The translations under genes and the position numbers were made by a program. Positions 57,941 through 64,000 of a stretch of DNA of 64,000 nt are shown one piece after another; position 1 is the stretch's first letter, and each line of letters begins with the position of its first letter. The DNA is from Bacillota bacterium (lineage in GTDB: Bacteria; Bacillota; Negativicutes; CTSoil-072). The DNA lies in the NCBI GenBank assembly GCA_017889545.1, contig JAGFZV010000008.1:70874-134873 (forward strand), read 5' to 3'. A model generated the notes under the pieces. It was not told where the DNA came from, made no database searches, and was given only the letters and a program-made list of their open reading frames with translations.

Positions 57941-58845
57941 ACGTCAATATTGCCGGCATTGAAATGAAGACACCCATTATTGCCGCCTCCGGGACGTTTG
58001 GCTTTGGTGAAGAGTATGAAGACTTTGTCGATTGGTCCACGGTTGGGGCGATTAGTGTCAAAGGGCTCACGCTGGAGCCTCGTCTGGGGAATCCCGGCCG
58101 GCGGGTTGCAGAGACGCCGGCTGGAATGCTGAATTCCGTTGGCCTGCAAAATCCCGGCATAGCAGTTTTTATCCGCGAAATAATGCCACGGATAAAAAAG
58201 TATGGTGTTCCGGTCGTTGTCAATATTAACGGTAACACCGTGGAAGATTATGCCCGCATTACCGAATTACTCGAGGATGTCGACATTGCCGGGATCGAAG
58301 TGAATATTTCCTGCCCCAATACGAAACATGGGTGCATGGCCTTTGGCGTTGTTCCCGAAACCGCGGCCGAAGTAGTAGCCGAGGTGAAACGTCGGGCTCG
58401 TGTGCCCATTATCGTAAAATTATCTCCTAATGTAACCGATATTGTTTCTATTGCGCGCGCCGTAGAGGAAGCAGGCGCAGATGCCATTTCATTAATTAAC
58501 ACGCTTCTGGGGATGGCGATTGATACAAAAACCTGGAAACCAATACTGGGAAATATTACCGGAGGCTTGTCCGGACCGGCTGTCAAGCCCGTTGCAGTAA
58601 GAATGGTTTGGCAAACGGCTCAGGCAGTAACCATCCCTGTCATTGGGATGGGTGGAATCACCAGCGTTCAAGATGCAGTGGAATTTTTTCTGGCAGGCGC
58701 CAGTGCCGTACAGGTTGGTACTGGAAATTTTCTAAATCCCCGGCTGATCAATGATATCGCACAGCAGTTGCCTGATTATCTGGCTTCTCATAAGCTGGAT
58801 CACATTACTCGGCTTGTTGGCCAGATGCAAAAGGAAGGTTATTAA
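57934..58845 (+). CDS. pyrD: Dihydroorotate dehydrogenase catalytic subunit (class 1B)
   Basis: 303 aa; TIM-barrel motifs ...IAASGTFGFG...GAISVKGLTLEPR...GLQNPG...; overlaps pyrK stop. Confidence 0.85.
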   Translation: MLNVNIAGIEMKTPIIAASGTFGFGEEYEDFVDWSTVGAISVKGLTLEPRLGNPGRRVAETPAGMLNSVGLQNPGIAVFIREIMPRIKKYGVPVVVNINGNTVEDYARITELLEDVDIAGIEVNISCPNTKHGCMAFGVVPETAAEVVAEVKRRARVPIIVKLSPNVTDIVSIARAVEEAGADAISLINTLLGMAIDTKTWKPILGNITGGLSGPAVKPVAVRMVWQTAQAVTIPVIGMGGITSVQDAVEFFLAGASAVQVGTGNFLNPRLINDIAQQLPDYLASHKLDHITRLVGQMQKEGY

Positions 58846-58847
58846 GG

Positions 58848-60164
58848 ATGAACAGCGGAAGCCAGAATATCACACAGAATCTTTTTTCAGAAAACGATGA
58901 AGCTACATGGAAACGTCGGTGGAAAATGCTGTACGCAGCTGTCGCCGGATACGCAATGGACGGATTGGATATGTTGATCCTATCGTTTGCAATGGCGGCG
59001 ATTATCAAGGAATTCGGCATATCTTATGCAGAGGGCGGCTGGATTGCAACGTATACACTGATTGGCGCCGTTCTTGGGGGATATTTTTTTGGGATTGCCG
59101 CCGACTACATGGGCCGGGTCCGGGTGTTTGCTCTTACCATCGTTATTTTTTCTATTTTCACTGGATTATGTGCAGTTGCACAGTCCGTAAATGAATTGAA
59201 TATATACCGCTTTTTAGCCGGACTGGGGCTTGGCGGAGAATTTGGCATCGGTATGACTCTGGTAGCGGAAACCTGGCCTGCTGAGAAACGGGCCAGGGCG
59301 ACAGCCGGCGTAGCCATCGGCTGGCAGCTGGGAGTGGTAATGGCCGCAGTGCTGGCTGCGATTGTGATGCCGTTGTATGGCTGGCGGGGACTTTTCCTGG
59401 TAGGGGCATTGCCGGCCTTGTTTGCTGCCTGGTCGCGAAGAAATTTGCCGGAGCCGGACATTTGGGTTGAGCGTAAAGCGCGCACGAAAATAATTGCCGC
59501 CAAACAATCGGTCGGTGGAACTCTTTCCCCGGAAGAACAGGACTTATTGGCAAATGCCAGCAAATTTCCTTTAATGCATCTTTTTGTTGATGGCAGGAAA
59601 ACCATCATTACTTTTTCGCTCACTGTTATGACGAGCGTGCAAAATTTTGGGTATTACGGGATTATGATTTGGCTGCCGACAATACTGATGCAAAAGCATG
59701 GGTTATCATTAAATAAAACAACAACTTGGATGGTTGTCACTGTCCTTGGAATGATCGTGGGGATTTACTTATTTGGGTATTTGGCCGACCGCGTTGGCAG
59801 GCGACCGGTCTACATGACTTTTTACCTGGGTTCCGCGGCCTCTGTTTGGATCTATTCCGGTTTGACTGATCCCATGCAACTATTGGTTGGCGGAGCTGTC
59901 CTGGGCTTTTTTTGCAATGGAACGATGGCTGGCTTTGGAGCATTATTATCCGAGCATTACACGACAGATGCGCGTTCCACCGCACAAAATTTTATTTTTA
60001 ATTCCGGCCGTGCTGTAGGCGGTTTTGCTCCGGTAATCATTGGCATGCTGGCGCAGCAATATACGTTGAGCGGTGCGCTTGCCGTGCTTGCCTTCATTTA
60101 TATTGCTGCTGCTGTAAACTTGTTCTTCCTGGTACCGGAAACGAAAGGCGCAGCGTTGAAATAA
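58848..60164 (+). CDS. MFS transporter
   Basis: 438 aa, 12 TM helices; starts 2 nt after pyrD stop. Confidence 0.8.
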   Translation: MNSGSQNITQNLFSENDEATWKRRWKMLYAAVAGYAMDGLDMLILSFAMAAIIKEFGISYAEGGWIATYTLIGAVLGGYFFGIAADYMGRVRVFALTIVIFSIFTGLCAVAQSVNELNIYRFLAGLGLGGEFGIGMTLVAETWPAEKRARATAGVAIGWQLGVVMAAVLAAIVMPLYGWRGLFLVGALPALFAAWSRRNLPEPDIWVERKARTKIIAAKQSVGGTLSPEEQDLLANASKFPLMHLFVDGRKTIITFSLTVMTSVQNFGYYGIMIWLPTILMQKHGLSLNKTTTWMVVTVLGMIVGIYLFGYLADRVGRRPVYMTFYLGSAASVWIYSGLTDPMQLLVGGAVLGFFCNGTMAGFGALLSEHYTTDARSTAQNFIFNSGRAVGGFAPVIIGMLAQQYTLSGALAVLAFIYIAAAVNLFFLVPETKGAALK

Positions 60165-60195
60165 TGGGAAATTAAGAATTCAAGAGGATGAAGGA

Positions 60196-60789
60196 ATGAA
60201 ACTGGAGCGGTTGCATAAACAAATTGCGTTTATTGTACAAATTGACCGGCTAAAGCAAATTTTCCGCCAGAATATCATCACCGGCAGCAGCCGCAATGAG
60301 AATGATGCGGAACATTCCTGGCATTTGGCCGTGATGGCTGTCATGCTGGTAGAATATGTTGAAGAACCGGAAATTGATGTTCTTAAAGTGATCAAAATGG
60401 TTCTTATTCATGATCTCGTAGAAATTGAAGCCGGAGATACTTTTTGTTACGACGAAGAAGCAAACCGCGATAAAGATATGCGCGAAAAGCGAGCGGCAGA
60501 AAAGCTCTTCGGGTTGCTTCCGGCGGATCAGTCCTGTGAAATTTGGCAATTGTGGCGTGAATTTGAAGAAATGGCATCCCCGGAAGCTTGTTTCGCAGCC
60601 TGTCTTGACCGGCTGCAGCCGCTGCTGCTAAACATCAATACGAATGGCCATACCTGGAAGAAACCAGGGGTGACCAGCGAAAAAGTATTGAACCGAAATA
60701 AGATCTTGGAAAAACATGCGCCAATGCTGTGGGAATATGCAAAAAAAGTAATCGCCGAATCGATAGAGAAAGGGTTGCTGCAACCATAG
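60196..60789 (+). CDS. HD-domain phosphohydrolase (YfbR-like 5'-nucleotidase family)
   Basis: 197 aa; HD motif ...AEHSWHLAVMA...LIHDLVEIEAGD. Confidence 0.7.
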   Translation: MKLERLHKQIAFIVQIDRLKQIFRQNIITGSSRNENDAEHSWHLAVMAVMLVEYVEEPEIDVLKVIKMVLIHDLVEIEAGDTFCYDEEANRDKDMREKRAAEKLFGLLPADQSCEIWQLWREFEEMASPEACFAACLDRLQPLLLNINTNGHTWKKPGVTSEKVLNRNKILEKHAPMLWEYAKKVIAESIEKGLLQP

Positions 60790-61102
60790 ATTTATGGAAA
60801 GGTTCTGCGCTCTTTGATCCTTCCGTGAAGTAGCAGGTGTTTTGCAAAAAAATGCGGCTTTGTCTCAATTTTTTCACATAGGCCTGGTATAATGGAACTA
60901 AGTTTGCTTGGCAGAGCTCCTTGATGTTTTGCGGGAAGCTCCTGATAAAGAGTTGGCTATAAAAATGTCGCTCTTTATCGGGGAGGCTTCTTTTTTCGTT
61001 CCGGTTTTGCCCGTTCTTTGACGGCAAACCGATTCATCAGTGGCTAAATTTTCGGGATATGATAGAATGAATTATAGGCATGTGGAGGTTGGAGGAAAAA
61101 AG

Positions 61103-62740
61103 ATGAAAGAAAAGCAAGACGCAATTTATATTATAGGCCATCGAAATCCGGATACGGATTCGATTTGTTCGGCGATTGGATATGCTCATCTTAAGGAAGC
61201 GATGGGTCAGCCCGCAAAACCGATGCGGGCCGGAAAGATCAATGCGGAAACGAAATTTGTCCTGGACTATTTTCGCGTTGAGGCGCCGACGTTGCTTACG
61301 GATCTCTATCCCCGCGTGAAGGACATCATGAGCAGTGAAATCGTCAGCGTATCGCCTGCGGATACCCTCAGGGATCTGGGGCGGGTCATGAAAAAAAACG
61401 GAATCAAATCGGCGCCGGTTCTTCATGGCAAACAGCAATTGGCTGGAATTGTGACGGTAGGCGACTTGGCTCAGCTTTATTTTGACGAAATGGAAATGCA
61501 GGATTTAAGTTTGGCTGGGGTGGATTTTGCCGGTCTTTTACGGGCTCTTGACGGTGTTTTGGTGTGCGGGCCGGATCTGCAGCGCAAAGTAACGGGTAAA
61601 GTGCGCATTGCAGCCGGCAGCCCCCAAATGATCCGTGAAGTGGTTCAGGCCGGCGATGTCGTTCTGGTAAGCGATCGGGCCAATGCGCAAGAAGCCTGCA
61701 TCGAAAAGAAGGCAGCGTGTGTAGTGCTTACCGGCGATGTCCGGCTGGCTAATGAAGTGCAGCGAGCTGCCGAAAAACAAAATATCATTATCATCAAGGC
61801 GCCATATGACACGTATACATGCGCCCGTCTGATCAACCAAAGCATTCCGGTTGAAGCGATTATGCACAATCAAGTGGTTGGCTTTAAGCCGACAGATTTG
61901 GTAAGCGATGTTAAAAATATCGTGGCTGCCAATAATTATCGTCTCTATCCGGTCGTGGAAAATGAAAAATTGGTCGGGGCGATCTATCGTGATAAATTGT
62001 ATATGCAAGAACGTGTCAAGGTGATTTTGGTCGATCACAATGAACGCTCACAAGCTGTTGAGGGCATTGAAGAGGCCCAGATTGTTGAGATTGTTGACCA
62101 CCATCGTTTGGGAGGGCTACAGACGAGCGAGCCGATTTTTATTCGCCACGAACCGGTAGGCTGTACCGCAACAATTGTTGCCAATATGCATTGGCATCGC
62201 GGCGTTGATCTGCCGAAGACGATAGCCGGCCTCTTGTTAGCGGCGATTATTTCTGATACAGCATTTTTTAAGTCCCCGACGTGCACCGCGCAGGACCGGG
62301 AGACAGCAAAAAAATTAGCTGCGATTGCGGATCTGAATTTAGCGGAATTTGGTCTTAGCGTGTTAAAAGCAGGCGCCAGCCTGAAAGGAATGTCAACAGC
62401 GGATATTATTCGCAACGACATCAAGGAGTTTATCATTGGAGAATACCGGGTCGCCGTTTCACAGATATCGGTGATGGATTCCCAAGAAGCCTTGGCAATC
62501 AAAAAACAGTTGCAAGACGACATGGAAGTTATGCGTAGGAAAGAAGACTATGATATGGTATTATTGATGGTAACCGACATCATGGCGGAAGGGACGCACT
62601 TGTTTTACACCGGCCAGCCGGAGTTGCTTGTGCAGCAAGCTTTTGGAATGAATGGGTCAGATGGAAGCGTTTATCTGCCCGGCGTTTTGTCCCGCAAGAA
62701 ACAGGTGATACCGCCGCTGATAGAGGCAACGAGGGTATAG
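61103..62740 (+). CDS. CBS-domain-containing family II (DHH/DHHA2) inorganic pyrophosphatase
   Basis: DHH motifs IIGHRNPDTDSICS and VDHNE...DHHRLG, CBS pair and DRTGG-like insert, C-terminal DHHA2; ATG 61103 with SD GGAGG. Confidence 0.8.
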   Translation: MKEKQDAIYIIGHRNPDTDSICSAIGYAHLKEAMGQPAKPMRAGKINAETKFVLDYFRVEAPTLLTDLYPRVKDIMSSEIVSVSPADTLRDLGRVMKKNGIKSAPVLHGKQQLAGIVTVGDLAQLYFDEMEMQDLSLAGVDFAGLLRALDGVLVCGPDLQRKVTGKVRIAAGSPQMIREVVQAGDVVLVSDRANAQEACIEKKAACVVLTGDVRLANEVQRAAEKQNIIIIKAPYDTYTCARLINQSIPVEAIMHNQVVGFKPTDLVSDVKNIVAANNYRLYPVVENEKLVGAIYRDKLYMQERVKVILVDHNERSQAVEGIEEAQIVEIVDHHRLGGLQTSEPIFIRHEPVGCTATIVANMHWHRGVDLPKTIAGLLLAAIISDTAFFKSPTCTAQDRETAKKLAAIADLNLAEFGLSVLKAGASLKGMSTADIIRNDIKEFIIGEYRVAVSQISVMDSQEALAIKKQLQDDMEVMRRKEDYDMVLLMVTDIMAEGTHLFYTGQPELLVQQAFGMNGSDGSVYLPGVLSRKKQVIPPLIEATRV

Positions 62741-62803
62741 TGGATCAGTTTAACATGGTAATAGCTTTATAACAGCTGTTAACAGATAGTGCAGGAGGGT
62801 ATT

Positions 62804-63982
62804 GTGCGTAGTCCATCAATTTTGTTTATATCGATGGTACTGGTGATTGAGGTTTTGGTCAGTTGGTCTGTGTATTTTTTATTAAACCGGCTTTTGCCGT
62901 TGTTTGATAACCGCTGGGTGCATATCAGCTATTGGGTGGTAACTGTATTAATGATCAGTGCTACCCTGGCTAGTTGGACCTTTTATGCGGCGGGGATTCC
63001 GATTGAAGGGCTCATTCTGGGATTTGCCTGGATCCTGGGATTGTTTTTTATGCTGCCGCTTCTCTTGTTTTGCCAAGGTGTTATTTTTTGTAAAAATCAA
63101 ATCAAGAGCAAACAAGCAGTGGAAACAAATGGTGGCAGCGGAATAACCCGGCGAGATTTTTTGCAGCGGGCGGTTACCACCGTGCCGGTTTTAGGAATGG
63201 GAATGAGTGTGAATGGCGTTTATGATGCATCGGACATTGTAATCCGGCGTCATAAACTTGCGTTGCCGACGTTTCCAGCGCATATCGGGCAATTGAAAAT
63301 AGCGCAAATTAGCGATACCCATATCGGTCCGTTTTTCGGCATTGAAAAGTTGGATCAGGTATTGTCGATGCTGCAGCGTGAAAAACCGGACATGCTGGTG
63401 ATCACTGGGGACTTAATCGATAATTTGGATGAATTGACGGCAACGATGGAGCGATTGGAGAAATTTCATGCCGCTTTGCCGCAAGGCGTCTATTTTTGCT
63501 TGGGGAACCATGAATATTTCCGGGATTTAACGCGGATTCGACGGGCATGGAATAATAGCCCGGCTACTTTGCTGGATAACAGCAGTCAATTGATTTTCGC
63601 CGGGGCGCAACCGCTGTATTTGTTGGGCGTTGATTTTCCTTGGGTCCCCAGGGGCGCTTCGACGGATGAAAAACGCCAGCAATATTTGCAAAAAGCATGC
63701 AGTGCTGTTCCAGAAGGCGCTTTTTCCATATTGGCGAGTCATCACCCGGATTTTATCGAAAATGCGTTTCAAGCCGGAATTCCTTTGACATTGTCCGGAC
63801 ATACGCATGGTGGACAGATTGGGTTGTTCGGCCGATCCGTTTTGCCGCTCCGGTATAAGTTTGTACGCGGGCTGTATCAGCAGGAAAAATCCTACGCTTA
63901 TGTCAGCACCGGTACTGGGCAATGGCTGCCGTTCCGGTTGGGATGTCCGGCGGAAATTTCACTGTTCACTCTTTCAGCGTAA
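62804..63982 (+). CDS. Membrane-anchored calcineurin-like metallophosphoesterase (YkuE-like)
   Basis: N-terminal TM helices, RRDFLQRAV Tat-like motif, motifs GDLID, GNHE, GHTHGGQ; GTG 62804 with SD AGGAGG preferred over track start 62789. Confidence 0.75.
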   Translation: MRSPSILFISMVLVIEVLVSWSVYFLLNRLLPLFDNRWVHISYWVVTVLMISATLASWTFYAAGIPIEGLILGFAWILGLFFMLPLLLFCQGVIFCKNQIKSKQAVETNGGSGITRRDFLQRAVTTVPVLGMGMSVNGVYDASDIVIRRHKLALPTFPAHIGQLKIAQISDTHIGPFFGIEKLDQVLSMLQREKPDMLVITGDLIDNLDELTATMERLEKFHAALPQGVYFCLGNHEYFRDLTRIRRAWNNSPATLLDNSSQLIFAGAQPLYLLGVDFPWVPRGASTDEKRQQYLQKACSAVPEGAFSILASHHPDFIENAFQAGIPLTLSGHTHGGQIGLFGRSVLPLRYKFVRGLYQQEKSYAYVSTGTGQWLPFRLGCPAEISLFTLSA

Positions 63983-64000
63983 TGAGGAAAGCTTGAGTGG

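Noticed and set aside
60790-61102. Riboswitch (c-di-AMP or Mn type) in the long leader of the CBS-pyrophosphatase gene
   Set aside because: Leader has hairpins and a promoter-like tgGTATAAT, but I could not match it to a riboswitch consensus from memory; needs a covariance-model search.
1-64000. CRISPR arrays, rRNA/tRNA genes, transposases, integrases, prophage genes
   Set aside because: No evenly spaced direct-repeat array, no tRNA-like T-loop motifs and no transposase/integrase-like ORFs seen; the only repeats are the three modular intergenic elements reported above.

Overview
Origin-proximal chromosomal segment of an anaerobic Firmicute (Clostridia/Negativicutes-like, judged from gene content: selA/selB/selD, pflBA, hydF, short-form metH). 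dnaA (partial, minus strand) and an oriC DnaA-box cluster sit at the left edge. They are followed by the backbone known from Bacillus origin regions: rpmH, rnpA, yidD, yidC, jag, mnmE, mnmG, rsmG, noc, soj, spo0J, mscS, DUF951, ychF, rpsF-ssb-rpsR. Interleaved with this backbone are metabolic modules: split metH, aspA, hydF, a DUF4446/M23-peptidase/bactofilin group, selA-selB, a three-gene archaeal-type glutamate-synthase-like cluster, a liv-type ABC transporter, a CDF exporter, selD-yedF, pflB-pflA, aroF-pheA, a BMP-family ABC transporter, panC, a Dam-like methyltransferase, pyrK-pyrD, and a CBS-pyrophosphatase. I found no rRNA, tRNA, CRISPR array, transposase/integrase or recognisable multi-gene defence island, so I cannot point to a clear novel protein system. 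The most interesting signals are mostly non-coding: (1) a 52-codon, aromatic-rich leader ORF plus terminator upstream of aroF-pheA, suggesting ribosome-mediated attenuation; (2) a family of modular intergenic repeats at three loci, one copy composite with 10-bp inverted ends; (3) selD as a selenoprotein whose in-frame UGA makes the ORF track miss its N-terminus; (4) riboswitch-like or sRNA-like leaders upstream of the CDF gene, pflB and the glutamate-synthase-like operon; (5) an AT-rich orphan Dam-like methyltransferase; (6) an apparent frameshift at an A6 run at the start of the DUF2520 gene; (7) two parS sites and one Noc-site-like palindrome. Hand-mapped non-coding coordinates are +/- 2 nt; nothing here was checked against a database.
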